DNA of 64,000 nt. Source: Camelus dromedarius. Lineage: Eukaryota. The notes under the pieces are model-generated. The model saw only the letters and a list, made by a program, of their open reading frames with translations, was not told the DNA's origin and searched no databases. Location of the stretch: NCBI RefSeq assembly GCF_036321535.1, contig NC_087437.1, forward strand, positions 45,386,001 through 45,450,000. The letters run 5' to 3'. The position numbers and the translations under genes were made by a program. Shown here piece by piece: positions 49,871-63,692 of the stretch. Within the stretch, counting starts at the first letter, position 1, and each line of letters begins with the position of its first letter.

Positions 49871-52399
49871 AGAAATTCATAATCATAAAATACAAGCCAC
49901 TGCATATTTTTCATAAGTTGAAGATTTGGCAAACTTCTAATACCTAAGGGTACACAGAAACAAAAAAACAAATGAAATGGTCAAGAGCTATCGCGTCAAG
50001 TACCTATTTTTTCAGAGCTTGTATGGATTCTGCTTCAGAAAGTATGGTCCACACTACAATCCTATCTATATAATGGTGCATTTAATTATTTTTTACATTT
50101 TAATCAATATCAGATGCATACTTCCAATATGGACTGCTTGCTGAATCTTTTGATGAATGGAAAATATTCCAGGGTCAGATTTAGGGGTCTTTGCATGGAG
50201 ACAAAAAACAAATGGAGGTTTTCCACGCATGGTTTCCCTTGTTGGGAAGTTAGGTAGTTCCAAGAATACAGGAAAATAAAAACTTCTATTTTAGAAGCTA
50301 GAAAATGTGAAAGCAGTAAAACTAGTCTGTAAGTCTCCTCCCATTGCTTCTTTCGGAAGAACACAGAAAAGTTAACCACATGATTGACTAGTTTTTCAAA
50401 GTCTACTGTGTCTATCTCAGGTTGTTCAGTCACTTAAATTGGTAACTAGAGGAAAATTAAACTCCTCTTAGGGAGACTTTAATCTGCTACAGAGGATCAT
50501 GAAGACTAAACGATATTTCCCAGGCAAGGGTTGTTTTTCTCCTCACTTTCTCTAAAACTATTCCTTTTTTATTTGAGAAAATTTTAATATCAACATTTCA
50601 ATTAAACGTCAGTACTTCCTGCACTAATCTAAATTGGGAGAATCTTGACGATGCTACAGAACATTTTATCCCCTTACTTAGTGTGGAAAAAGTTTATTTA
50701 CGTTTTTTTTTCTATTCATGTCTGAAATTTAACTTCAATCCACAAAGGAAGAGAGATGAATGCCCTGTGATACTTGACTTCTCATATATATTATTTTAGC
50801 TTTTTTCAAGTGCTATATTTACATCACTCCTAAGATTATTTTCACAAGAACAAAACCTTTTTAAAGCCCTGAAGATTCTGCTTTCACAGCCTAGGGGAAG
50901 CATATTTTCAAAAGCATCAATATGGAGAAGTTAATGATAAATTACATAAAGGGAATAAAACTGATTTCAGAGATAAGATAAACAGCAAGCCTTCATCTCC
51001 CAGATGTAACACTTATCTGCCGCATAAGCTGATGGGCAAGAACTGTGTCTATTTCGATGACAGGCTTGACCTCCACTCAGGTCTTTGGGACTTGCCATCC
51101 AGTCTTAGTCTTTCTGAGGTTACAATGTCTCCTTGCTGGATCAAAAGAAGCTGAACTCAACTATGTGGGGGCAGCTCTCCGAAGCATTTCTCCTTTTTGA
51201 CATAGAGCCGTTTGATTCAAGAAGAGAAAATGGTACCGTGCACAGGCTTAAGGGAGTGTTTGAACTTTAGTTCCATTTTTCACAGGACTGAATTCTTCAC
51301 TAACTCTGAGGCAAAACGGAGACTTCTTTTTCTGCTGGGTTGTGCTTTCAGGTTTATTCCCGAGTCCCTGGAGTGCGCCGTGAAATTAAAGCTGTATTGG
51401 AAGATTCCATAGACATACCAGCTTCCCTGTCATTTGGGTCCCTGCTATCACTAAATCTATAAAGTTAAAACTTGTACAAGTACCTAAATCGTTGTTCTTG
51501 TTATTACCTAGAAAATGTAAATGCTGCCTCGGCCACTGCAGTCAAAACGTGTGTTCCTAAGCTGAGTGGAGAGTCAAAGAAATCAACAAAAGAACAAAGA
51601 GCATTAACTGTGTATTACCTCACTCAATTTTCATGCAAACATTGCAAAATGTTATCATCTTTTTGTGCAAAGCCCTGTTAAATAACTTGGCTAAGGCACA
51701 TGCTTTGTAATGTAAAACTTCAATTAAGCATCCAGCGATTCCCAATTACAAAACATTAATTTATTCCATTCCACTTTCCTTTGTGTGGCATTGGGGTTTT
51801 CGTGATTGAGAGGCAAAGTAAAAAATTATTCTTTTTTATACATCAATAAAATATGTAATATGTTTACCAAAGTACTAGACTTAAGGAGACTTTTAAAACA
51901 GCATTCTATTCACCCCTCAAGAAGGCTTACAATCTGGTTAAAATTAGTAAGGTACAGGAACTACCGTACAGTACTGGTATCAGACCTACCCTGGGATTGA
52001 AAACAACTCTAAAAGTTGGGTTGATTAAAAACTGTGGTTTGAACAAACTGTAGAGCAATCAAGGCACCCAGGATTTGGAGAGCTGACATCCCAAGTTCCA
52101 GGGAAAAAGGAACCTCAGAGAAATGAGCTCAATGTTCCGCACGCAACTTCCCCTCAAGGTATTTGCCAGTTCCCAGCTGTGCATATACAGTATGAAATGC
52201 CAAGACGAAGCAGAAAGCAGCTGCTACAGGGCTATAAAAATAAGCAGAGGTTTCTGTAATTTCACAGTTCTTAGAAGACAAATATTGTCATTCAAGTTTC
52301 ACCGAAGGGGAGAGTGAAACTGGCTGTCCATTAAGATCCCTGAAAGATTCTGCCATAGGAATAAAGAGCATCCTCTCTATGTAATTGATAGAATAAGCA

Positions 52400-53865
52400 G
52401 GAAAAATGCATGTATAAAGTATGTTTTCTTACCACAATAAAATTGGTCAAGAAACACATAACAAAAGATAATTGGATCATTTTAAATGAATAAAGTATCA
52501 ATATCATTTGGGCCAAAGAAAAATTTAAATGGATGATTAGAGAATATTTTGAAAATATGACATATTTCCAGTTATAAAATGCAATGTTTATGTAGCCTTA
52601 ACTACACAAATTTTTTAAAGGAGTAAGGCTGAAAATCAATTATCCAAACTTCTGTCTCAAGAACCAAAAAAATTTTTTTAAATCAATGAAGCAAAAACTA
52701 GACATACAATGGAGAAAATTAACAAGTGCAAGAATTAGATGCTAAAAATAAATAAAATAAATTTCTAGTAAACTGATGAAGAAATAAAGAACAAAAACAC
52801 AAATTACCAAACTCAAGAATGAAAGAGGACACATTACTATAGGATCTACAAAAATTAAAATGGTAATAAAAAATATATTTTGAGTAACTTTGTCAAAAGT
52901 ATGATATTGGGATTAAATGGACAGATTTCAAGTAGAAATAGAAAATATGATTAGTTTTATATCTTATAATAAATTTAATCTATATTTTAGCAATTTTCCA
53001 GAAGGATAACTACAGGTCCATACAGCGTTACTGGTAAATTCTGTCAAGCATTTAAGGGAAAAATAGATTTGATCCAAAACATTCTAGAAATTTAAAAAGA
53101 GAAAACATTTCCAACTTATTCCAGAAGGCCATCTTAACTTTAATATATAAAGATGAGAATATAATAGAAAAGAAAATCACAGAACAATGACACAAATACT
53201 GATGCAAAATTACTAAACTGAATATAACAAATTAAGTTCCAATTTATGTAAAGGATATAAGCCAAATTAAGTTTATTACAGGAATGCAAATTTGGCTTAA
53301 AATTCAAAAATCAATCTATGATGTCACATTTACAGAATGAAGGGTAAAATATATGATCACCCTAATAAATGCAAAAAATACATATTAATACTTATCCAAA
53401 TTAAAAACTTTTAGCATGTTAATAAAATAGAAAGAAACGTGTTTCCTATTAAAGGGTATCCAGCAAAATATATAGCAATATTATATGTAATGTGAAATGT
53501 TGAAAAATATCTGAGTTCTGGAATCAAACTTGGAAATCTTGGCTATCACTATTTCTATTCAACATTGTATTTGAGATCCTAGCCAGGACATTAAGGCAAA
53601 AAAAAAAAAAAAAAAAAGCATAGGGATTTAAACAGAGACAGTAATATTGTTATTTTACATAGGTAACAAGAACAATCATATAGATAGAAAATTCAACAAA
53701 ATTTATAGATAAACTACTAGAATCGATCAGTAAATTTAGCAAGGTCAGTAGACACAAGGTTGATACTTAAAAATCAAGTTTATTTCTATATACTAGTAAC
53801 AATCAGAAAATATTTTAATTGATAGTATTTACAATCTTCAAAAAATGCTAAATAAATAGAAGTAG
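52400..53865 (+). mobile_element. Degenerate LINE-1 ORF2 (post-EN/RT region)
   Basis: caaattaccaaactcaagaatgaaagaggacacattactata; ctattcaacattgtatttgagatcctagccagg; aaatttagcaaggtcagtagacacaagg. A-rich with many stops. Confidence 0.88.
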
Positions 53866-54148
53866 TGAGACAGATGGCATAACCTAGTTCCCCATCTTAG
53901 GGGGAACCAATTTGGTAACAAGTCTAGGAAAGGGCTAATGATCCACCTTGTTCATTTTGTGCACAAATATTTCATGTAAATATGTGTTATTAATAAAGAC
54001 TAAATTTTAATATATTCTGGGTGTTTATATTTTGTTTGGTAGTTTTAATTTTTCTGAACTGGTAGATGGCTTCATAATAATATCTACTACAATCTACTAA
54101 AATGCAGGAGTATCCGTATCAGGCATTGTGCCAAAGACTGAAACTACA

Positions 54149-54640
54149 GTATCAGCTAGGACTGTATATGACTGGCAACAGTCAAAGACTGGTACTAAAA
54201 TAAATAAATAATTATTTGTTTAACACAAAAATTCTGGAGGTAGGCTATTTGCCATTGTACAAGCAGCAAAAATGTCAAAAAGGGACAATGCTCCTCCTGT
54301 CTTCTTATTCCAATTTAGATTTCAGCTTTCATCTACAGGATGTTAAGACAGCCTCTATACGTTTATTCACCAGAACCATTTGTGACATTCCACATAGGAA
54401 TTATGCAGCAGAGCAAAGAATAAAGGGCCAAACGAGATGCCAGGTGTGAGTCTGTGCATTATATAAACTTGCCTGGCAACCCTACCCAATATTTTTCTCT
54501 TACATCATTGGCTAAACTTGAGTCACATAGCCACTCATACTGGAAAAAGAAACTTGGGGGATCCAGACACCAAGGGAGCACCCCCACTTCTATCACCAGG
54601 GAAAACACAGGAGACTGGGACTTTGGAAGGCTCCACACAC
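54149..54640 (-). mobile_element. Old MLT1 MaLR LTR
   Basis: tatcagctaggactg...tctcttacatcattggctaaacttgagtcacatagccac. Confidence 0.55.
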
Positions 54641-54864
54641 ACTACCTCACTGGATCAGTGAAGTGTGGATGGATTTTCAAGTGTTAGAGTACTGTTCTTT
54701 CTCATTATTTTCTGATCTTACAAAGACCAGCATCAAGAAGAATGGTCTTGAATATTAAACGTTTAGTTGTGCATGGATCCAGGAGGCAAAGAATGGATGT
54801 GGGCAAGGCTAATTTACCACAGGAACCATGCAGGAGCTTCTCCTTGATTCTGCTTTGAGAAGCA

Positions 54865-55170
54865 GATACAAGAGCAGCTGAGTAAGACGTGATGACTAAA
54901 CGTAATGCGTGCTCCTGGATGGGATCCTGGAGCAAAAACAGGACATTAGGTGAAAACTAAGAAAATCTAACTGAAGTATGGACTCCCAATTCTCCCAGTT
55001 GTAATGTATCAATATTGGTCTATTAATTACAACCAGTGCACCACAGTAATGTCAGATGTTACCAATAGAGGAAACTGGGTGTGGGGTATACGGAAACTAT
55101 TAATTTTTTTCATAAATCGTAGCCTACTCTAAAAATAAAGTTTATTTAAAAGAAACAAAAAAAGAAAAAA
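54865..55170 (+). mobile_element. L1MB/MC-like 3' end
   Basis: gatgactaaacgtaatgcgtgctcctggatgggatcctggagc...aaactgggtgtggggtatacggaaact...ctctaaaaataaagtttatt. Confidence 0.88.
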
Positions 55171-55859
55171 AGTAGGATACCTAAAATCTTCTATTTAAAC
55201 TCTTAGAAGAAAATTAGCATAACTGAAAGAAAGATAAGAGGTTATCAACCTTGGACATTAATATACTTTTCAAACTTCAAATTCATATATATATATATAC
55301 ATATATAAATGCACATACAGATTTGTCTCTGCAGACAGACTTAGAAACTCTAAAAATTCATAGGAAAGCACATCACATTCTATAACCAGGGAAAGACATT
55401 TAACACTAGAAAAGACATTTAGTTGCACAGCAATTTCAATTAAATAAAAATTAAATGCTTGAAAGCAGTTATAAAAGGTTTTATAGTCTCCACAAAGAAA
55501 GTCATGTACTTTTTATTTAATTATGCAGATGCTTTAGCTTGACTAATAAAATTAGATAATAAATTAGATTTAAATACTCAAGGAAAGACAAAACTTCACC
55601 TGGCCCCTTGTTGTCAATTGTGTATCTACCTCATAAAATAGTTCTATTTAAGAGTGTATTAAAACATTTATTTTTGTTAAATTAATGTCAAGTATTCTAA
55701 AATTAATGCCTTCATTCTTTGTGTCAACATTGTAATACTCACAATATGACCATTTTCACTACATTAGACAATGGAACAAAACATGCTAAATATATATATA
55801 ATACGTGTGTGTATATACATAGATGGATGACTCAGTTTTTGCACCATATTGAACTGATT

Positions 55860-56005
55860 AAGAGTACCACTTGTGGTATCAGATAGACCTAGGAATTCAC
55901 CTGGTTCTGTCCTTTCCAAGTCTGTTTTCTCACCTATTAGATATAACAAGAGTACCTAATTAATTGGGCTGTTGTGAGGAATGAATGAGTTAATTCTGTA
56001 AAATG
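55860..56005 (+). mobile_element. MIR SINE
   Basis: ctgttttctcacctattag...gggctgttgtgaggaatgaatgagttaat. Confidence 0.75.
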
Positions 56006-56569
56006 TCAGGTAGTCTTGTCTTTGTGACAAGGACTTGACAGCCACACTTCCCTTGCCAAGTTATCCAGGTCACAGGTCTGTACTGTGTTACTTCCATTAA
56101 CACAGTAAAGAAAGTAAAGACTTGCATTGCTTAGCACATTCACAGGGCCAGGCCTAGAGCTCAATCCTTTAGGACTGAGCTGGCAGCAGACATCCTGCTC
56201 AGAGCCTTGCTGCAGGATTGGCATGTAAATAGGACAGCCTTTTCTTTCCAAGAGTTTTAGAGCAGCAGAAGGCATATGCAACTCTTGTGTAGAGACCTGG
56301 AGAAGCCTGGAGAAGGACAGTCTCAAAGCCAAGGTGAAGCAATTGTGTGGATCAGTACAGAGACAAGCCATCAGTAGTACCAAATGCCCTAGTGGCTTCT
56401 TTGCAAATGATTCCAGTTTAGAACATCTGCTCTAAATTTTCTGCTTTGGTCCACATCTTAGTCAGAAATTCAGATTTGCACAGAAATAATTATAATTCCA
56501 ATCAATTCAGGTAGGAGATTTATTGCTCTGGGGTTGACTACCCATTTTCTGGTCAGATACAGGAATCCC

Positions 56570-56750
56570 AATGCTTTTGCATTTAATAGCTGTCATCTTG
56601 GGATCTTCAAGATCATTTTCGTTCATTTATTAAAAAATAAAGTAACAGTTTCCACCATATAGGGATGTTGTAGTGAATAAAAGAGATAAATGTAAAGTAT
56701 GCATCACATACTTGGGAAATAAATAAATAAATATCCTTTATTATTATAAT
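56570..56750 (+). mobile_element. MIR SINE
   Basis: catatagggatgttgtagtgaataaaagagataaatgtaaag. Confidence 0.55.
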
Positions 56751-57147
56751 GATCATCAGCAAAATGGGAAAGTCTGGTGGAAAGGGAATAGACAACAGAC
56801 AGAAGATTCCTGGGAAGAGGATATCAATTAGCTGAAATCTCCAGGAAGGGAGCAGCAGAGACGGGTCGTATATACTAGAAGAACTGCAGATGGCTGGTAT
56901 CATCAGAGTGCATGGTTGGAGCTGAGAGAGGGAAAGCCAGTACGAGTTAAGTCTGGAAAGAGAAGGTGAAGAGCCAAACCATAAACCTAATTGCATGACA
57001 CACCAGTGGGGTCGTCATTTCAAATATCAGGGATCCCATGATAGAAGAAGATATAACCACACCTGAATGTCTATTGAGTACGCAATAAAAATCAGTCTTT
57101 GATTTTTTTTTTTCTGGCTTTTGCAGTTTGCATCTTTATTCTCTAAA

Positions 57148-57285
57148 GTTTCATTTTGATGTGATGGAAATGCCCTAAAATTAGGTGATGGTTGGCCAAC
57201 TCTGTAAATATACTAAAAACTACTGAATGATACATTTTAAATGGGTGAAACTTTGATATGTAAATTAAATCTCAATAATGCTGGT
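57148..57285 (+). mobile_element. L1MB-like 3' terminal fragment
   Basis: gtgatggaaatgccctaaaattaggtgatggttggccaactctgtaaatatactaaaaactactgaat...tctcaataa. Confidence 0.85.
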
Positions 57286-57339
57286 AAGACATGGAATGAA
57301 GAAAATAACTTCTTGGTAATTGAGATTTCTGGGAAGCAA

Positions 57340-57640
57340 TATAGAATAATGGAAAACAAGAACTTTATAATCTGAGAAACCGACACCTACATTCTTGAGG
57401 GCCATTGACAGCTGAGCAACAGAGCTGGCTGTCACTTAGAGGCTAGATCGTGGGAAGCTATTTGACCATTCCGGGATCATTTTCCTCATCGCTATGGGGC
57501 GGGCGGGGGTCGGGGAGGAGGTCATACTCTTCTGGCAGAGGTGTTGCCAGGAATGCCTGAGAAAACAGATGTAAACATCCCAGCACAGTTCACAACAGTT
57601 GTTCAGTAAATGACAGTTCTCATTTAAACTTTATTATTAT
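57340..57640 (+). mobile_element. MIR SINE (with GC-box run at 57496-57516)
   Basis: cattttcctcatc...atgtaaacatcccagcacagt...gttcagtaaatgacag. Confidence 0.6.
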
Positions 57641-58454
57641 TTTTCAAACAGCACTCTTGCATGTGAAGGTTAATGCAGAGCAGCGTGAGAAACTTTCACA
57701 GTTCTGAGGGTGAAAACCATAAACCAGAGCAAGGCAGCTCTGCTCAGGCCAGAGCTGGCAGGCTGGCCCTGGGGCCACCATCCACATCCTGCCCACCAGG
57801 CACAGCGCCTAGCACTCCTACTCAGAGCTGCAGATACAGAAGCATTTTTTTAAAAATCGTTTTTTGAACGTGTCAGTCCAGGGAGGTGACACTGGATAAA
57901 GCCCTGTTGAATTCCACTTCCCTCCACTGCACACTTGCTATTTCTCACAGAAAACACACCTGACGGACTTGCTTTCCAGGGCAGGAGAGACTTCCACACT
58001 CGCACAAACCCCGCTGCTTTGCGTTACTTATCTGAGGAAGATGAGGCAAAGGGAAAGATGCCAAATACAGACATTGCAATTTCCCACAGAGAACAAAGCT
58101 AGCCACTAAATTCACAGGGCCTACATGCTACAGAAGGGGAAAGAAAAGAAAAAGACCATTACTGATGAATTTGAAGCAACTTTCAACTGTCTATCAAAAT
58201 AGAGCCTGAGATTTTAATTGCTGTATTTCATATTATTCTATAAGTTTTGCTTTTTATAACAAATATATGAAAAACACCATAATGTAGCAAAAATATTTAA
58301 AATTTAATTTTAACCACCTCTAAAAGCACATGTCAATATTTTAGTATGGCTCTGGTGAAATACCAAAAGGCGTTCAAACTACAGAGACTGAGTGTTTCTG
58401 CATACCTGTCACTTGCACAGAGGTTCTCTATTCTGCGCCACATAAACACGCGGT

Positions 58455-58585
58455 GACAGAGCTATTGCCATCACCGCTATCGCCCACGTTGTGGTAATGA
58501 GGCATCAGATTCAAAGAGGAAGACTAACTTAGGTAAAGTCACACAGCTAGTAAGTGACAGAGAAGACTCCAACTCAAATCTGCTC
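58455..58585 (-). mobile_element. MIR SINE fragment
   Basis: taacttaggtaaagtcacacagctagtaagtgacagagaagactccaactcaaatctg. Confidence 0.75.
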
Positions 58586-58679
58586 GGTGCTATTTTCGCA
58601 GCAAAATCGCTGGGGTTACTGAGGTGTCACATCGCAAGGACACTGAGTCTCACCATGCAGGATTATAAAATTTAAATAT

Positions 58680-60890
58680 GAGGGGAAGTCTATGTTAAAA
58701 TAGCAGAATAAGGCTGAATAAGCATTCTCCATTTCTCGTAACTAACAAAATAGCAAACAAACAAAAGAATCATTCAAAGAAGGAAAAAAAAATTACCTGG
58801 TAGCAACCAAAGAAAGGAACATTGTCTATGCCCCCAAACTTCAAAACTCATAGTCAAAGAAGCAAAGATTTTGCACAGAGGAAAGAAGCACCATTCAACA
58901 CGATGGGGCAAAATTCCTGGGAACTCTTAGTTAAACTCTCAAATACAAAGAAAGGCAAACTGCATGAGCAGTGTCTTTGTTCCAATTCTGACTCAGAAGT
59001 AATGGAACACTTGTTCGGGAAAGTAGATAAATCAGCAAAGTGACAACAGGGCTGACTGACAGCAATAAAGCCCCTAGGACAGCACACTGGCCTGGCACAA
59101 TCGGCTGAGATCTGCCTGTTCCCCCATGGGAACGAAACTCTCAACCTCCCAACCAAAAGAAGTGAAACGTCATCGGATACATTTCATAGACTTTCCAAAA
59201 AGTGTAGCCGGAATCAGTCTGGGTACTTCCACATTTGAGTTCCCCTCCTTCCCCTGACAATTCTCCAGGCTACAGGAAAAGAGGAGGCATATGAAAGGCC
59301 CAGTCTTCAAACTATTGTTGAAGGAGAAAAGACGCAATTCTCAAAGACAGTGAGACACTACATCAGACAGAACAAAAGCCTTGCACAGAACCACTCAAGC
59401 AAAACCAAGATGACAGAATTCACATGGCAACTAAACGAAAGTATTGCAGTAAAAGGAAAAGGGAATTCTTTTGTATCATAAAAATTCAAGCTAGAAGAAA
59501 ATATATCCCCTCAACACAGGGAAGAAAAGCTGCAGAACAATTTTTTATGACTATAAACAGAACCAACAGGAATTCAAAAATAATCTTATACCATGAGATT
59601 TTTCTAAAGGAGATGAGAGATTACTAACCTACATACATATATGATATTGAGGATCAAATTATGTAAAAAGTAATAAATATATTGAAACATAGACATGGCT
59701 GAAAATCAACTGATACCACAAAGGAAGGGCCTGAGAAACTTTCAGTGAAAGCAGATAAAAATACAGAGATTAAATTGATAGTTAAAAGTTAATAGACACA
59801 AAGGACAGACAAGTACAAGCCAACCTAATAATAAATGGTATCTCCAAAGTCAAGAATGCAACAAACAGAATGGAAAAATTAAAATATGTATTATCAAAAA
59901 AAATTTCCGTGCAAGAAGCAACGATAATGAAATCTGAATTCGGAAATATACGAGGTTTGGGGGAAATCTGGAATAGGTTGTCCAACATCGAGATACATCC
60001 TGGTTAATAATTTTAAGGACAAATGAAGAGTCCTCCCTGTATCCAGGGGAAAAAAACAAGTCACATGGAAAGGGAGAAATATAGTTTGGTCTCAGACTCA
60101 TCTACTGTAACAAAGAATAACAGACTAAGTCTACAGGGAGTAAAAGAAACCAATGATATCATAGGGAGCAAAGCCATTGTGCAAATATAAAGGCAGTAGG
60201 AAGGAACCCAGAGAACACAGTACCCATGAGCCCTTCTTGGAAAAACTACCTGGAAATGAAACAGCCAAAATCAAGAATAATAAATGCAGCTGAGTACCAA
60301 ATACAATTAAACATAGATACAATAGGAAACTACTGTGAGGATATGGTTACAGAATATACTTTTGTATACCAGGAGCATGTAATAAAACAAATAAAATTGC
60401 AGATACAGAGAAGAGAATAGAATTGTAAGGATCTATCTTTTATAACAGGGAGTCAACTGATACAGAGTTACGTTGAAACAGTTTTAAAAACTTGATTCTA
60501 ACCTCTGAATTTTCCTTAACAGTATTTTTTTTCATAGCACAATATTTTTTCATATCAGAAGACTCTTTTAGGCAATATCTCTTGTGAAGAAAAATATATA
60601 AATTTTTGCAATGATTCTAATTACACTGGGGTTTTTATTCTGAAACATTCTAGTACATTTAAATTGTGTTCTCATTAAGATTGCATAGTTGTATTATTTA
60701 GTAAGTGTCTTTATATTAGTCCTTCTCATAGTATGTATGTGTTAAAAGATTTCTGGAACAATGTAGAACAAATGAAACAAAGATTGTGTTCAGATCATGA
60801 GGATTTCTACTTTTTTTTTCTCTTTATTCTCATAATGATTTTGCATTGTTTACCCCCAAAAAGGTGATTTTTGGTATATTTTTAACATAA
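58680..60890 (+). mobile_element. Old L1 5'/ORF1 region (L1ME/HAL1-like)
   Basis: 59985-60075 translates TSRYILVNNFKDK*RVLPVSRGKKQVTWKG, resembling the L1 ORF1p RRM/CTD (TPRHIIV...KEKILRAAREK..VT.KG). A-rich coiled-coil-like upstream sequence. Boundaries approximate. Confidence 0.65.
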
Positions 60891-61204
60891 AACAAAATGC
60901 AAGAGACAGCCCTGCAATTAAAGAACTTTAAATCAAATGCTTTCAAAAACACTTTAGCACTTACACAGTTATATCTCAGAGAATTTGAAAAGAGGGATTA
61001 TGATGTGAAAAAAAAGTGAACTTAATGAGTTAAGGTTGATCAGAAGATATTTCTTGGAGATAAATACTAACAATTTCTGAAGAAAGAATTGGCAAAGATT
61101 GATCAAAGTGAAAAGGATCTGTAAAAAATTCAGGGAAAGTACAAAATACGTTCATTTAAAAAAAAAAAAAAAAAGACCTGGACCAATGGTCCTGTTGTTT
61201 AGAA

Positions 61205-61325
61205 CAAGGAAAAGGAAGAGGAGGGAAGAGGGGAAGAGGGATAGAAAGGGGACAAGGGGCAGAAGGATAAGGGGAGAAGAGAGAAGGGGAATGAGATGGA
61301 AGAGGAGGAAAGGAACCCAAGGATG
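61205..61325 (+). repeat. GA-rich low-complexity tract
   Basis: Nearly pure purine; explains ORFs 61099..61326 and 61156..61395. Confidence 0.85.
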
Positions 61326-62994
61326 AAACAAGCAAAACTTCGATGAGCCCTTTGTATGTTTCCCGCATACTAATTATAACAATAGCATGAGGCATTTAAA
61401 CAAATGGGAGAAACAAAGAAAGGGAAAAAAGGACACAGATGATTACAGAGAGTAAGTAGCATATTCAGGTATATGAAGCTAATAAATATCACAGCCAGGA
61501 TCTCTCCCCAAAAAGAGTTAGGGTATGTCTGGAATTGCTTCCAAACACATGTAAGAATTTAAAGACTAAGTATATAAGCCCTCTTCATGGATAGTTCAAA
61601 CTAACAAATGATTCCAAGAACTTAAAAAAGAAAGTAGGACCCAGTGATGGGGTTTTGTGGACAAAGAAATAAACAGTAGAAATTGATACAAATTGTCCAT
61701 ATTTAGTTTTCTTCCCCAGGTCGCAAAGAAAGATACTTTCATTATCCAGGTGTTCACTCTCAAGTTTGAAGGAGCTGGCCAACTAGCCATCATGAACCCC
61801 AACCTGGTAGCTCTAAGGGCTTACTTCCACCTGCTTTGCTTGTTCTTACAGGGGAAGTAATTATACTCATGTTGGGTCTGGAGGCATCATCTTAGCAACC
61901 CAGAGGTATAACCCTGACCCCTGGCCAGGATCCACAGTCTTACAGTCTTCTACCTACTCCAGGCAGATCTGCGTCAATCTGTTCTGTGTTCTCTAACTTC
62001 GTATCAGTGTAGTCGCCAGGACAGATTAGTCTATGTTGTGATAACTTTTAAAGAAGCTTGCTCAGTATACACCCTCTGGGTATCGGTGGGCGTTTCTGAC
62101 CTCTGCCACCCTCACTGCGCCAGACCAATGACATCCTTCTCATCTAGAAAATCACGACAGCAGTACCAGCAGACTGGAATGTGGCACCTAAATAGTTAAG
62201 TGTTTCCACCAAGATGCGGCAAAAGTGATGACTTCTTTAACAGAGCAAGCCAACTCAGCAGGCCTGATTTCAAGGGTAAAGAGAAGTATAATCTCCCATG
62301 TGCCAAATACCAGAGCAGAACCAAGTATCAAGTATTAGAAAAGAGATCTTCTACAATCAAAGTTCTAGACTGATTTCTGCTTAAGCCCTAAATACAGGTG
62401 TGGGGTTCTGTTATCATCAACTCAGCTATCTTATCATAAGTTAAAAAAAAAAACCCTAAAAATTCATGCAGTCAAGTCATGCTAAACTGGACAAAGTTAT
62501 GTTTGATTTACTGTCAGTTTTAAACTAAAGCATATATTATCCTAAAACACAATCAGAGCAATTTTTATACTTTCATCAAAAGGAGAAAATTGTAATGCGA
62601 TTTTGGTAGCTACTCTCCATATAAAGGCAGACACCTTCCTTTTTTTTCTTGGTTTCTCCCAGGGGACATTATCACAAACAAAAATTTCTAAAATTGAAAT
62701 GGTAGAATCAGGAGACACCTAAAGACCAAAGCAAGCACAGGTAAAAGACAGCCACTGACGTCGTGTGTGCCCTTCCCTTAGGGTTTGGCTTTCTCTGGAA
62801 GTGCAGCTACTATCCACACAGTGGGAGGCTGTTGGGGCAAGTGATAGTGAGAGAGAAAGGAAAACTATGTCCCAAGTGTCTGAGCCCAGTGTTCTGTTCT
62901 AACTCAGCAACCTGGGCCAAGAGGGTAGGGAAAATATACAAAATTGGCCCAGGAATATGTTACTTTCAAGGGACATTTTATCCACGACAGTTGT

Positions 62995-63539
62995 TGTGAG
63001 GGTTAATTTTACGTTCAACTCGGCCAGCCCATGGGGTACCCAGATGTTTGCTCAACATTATTCTGGCTGTGTCAGTGAAGGTATTTTGGGATGAGATGAA
63101 CACGTGGATTGGTAGATTTTACTAAAGCAGATTGCCCTCCCTAATGTGGGGGGCTCCCACATAATCAACTGAAGGCCTGAACAGAACAAAAATCAGACAC
63201 CCCCCCACAAGGAGGAGACAACTCCGCCTGCCTTCCTGTTTGAACTAAGACATGGGTCTTCTCGTGTATTCATACTTGAGCTGAAATGCTGGCTCTTTCT
63301 GGGTCTCCAGACTGCCAACTTTCAAGACTGGAACTTGCACCATCAGCTTGCCTGATTCTCAGGCCTTTGGACACAGATCAGACTCACACCACTGGCTCTC
63401 CTGGGTCTCCAGGCTGCCAACTGCAGATACTGAGATTTCTCAGCTCCAGCACCATGTGATCCAATTCCTTGTAATAAATCTCTTTCTATATGCATGCATC
63501 CCATTGGTTTTGTTTCTCTAAAGAACCCTGACTAACACA
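62995..63539 (+). mobile_element. MLT2B-like ERVL solo LTR
   Basis: tgtgagggttaattttacgttcaact...taaagcagattgccctccctaatgtgg...gaaccctgactaacaca; perfect 5-bp TSD gttgt (62990-62994 / 63540-63544). Confidence 0.95.
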
Positions 63540-63630
63540 GTTGTCAATTGTTTTCTAATTAGTTCATGTTTCCAGTGGCTGAATTATCTAACATAATAAC
63601 AAAGTGAGAGCCATGCACCATTGTTTAGAC

Positions 63631-63692
63631 CAGTCCTTCTCAAACATTACTGTGCACATACATTCCTGGGGATCTTGTCAAAATGCAGATTC
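63631..63692. mobile_element. MER5 MITE, interrupted by L1
   Basis: cagtccttctcaaacattactgtgcacatac...cctggggatcttgtcaaaatgcagattc. Confidence 0.8.

Noticed and set aside
51330..51465. Plus-strand acceptor-like site followed by VYSRVPGVRREIKAVLEDSIDIP...
   Set aside because: No convincing donor, no partner exons, peptide not recognised.
63286..63425. Direct repeat ctggctct..ctgggtctccag.ctgccaact (twice)
   Set aside because: Internal duplication of the kind intrinsic to MLT2-type LTRs; not a CRISPR-like or novel array.
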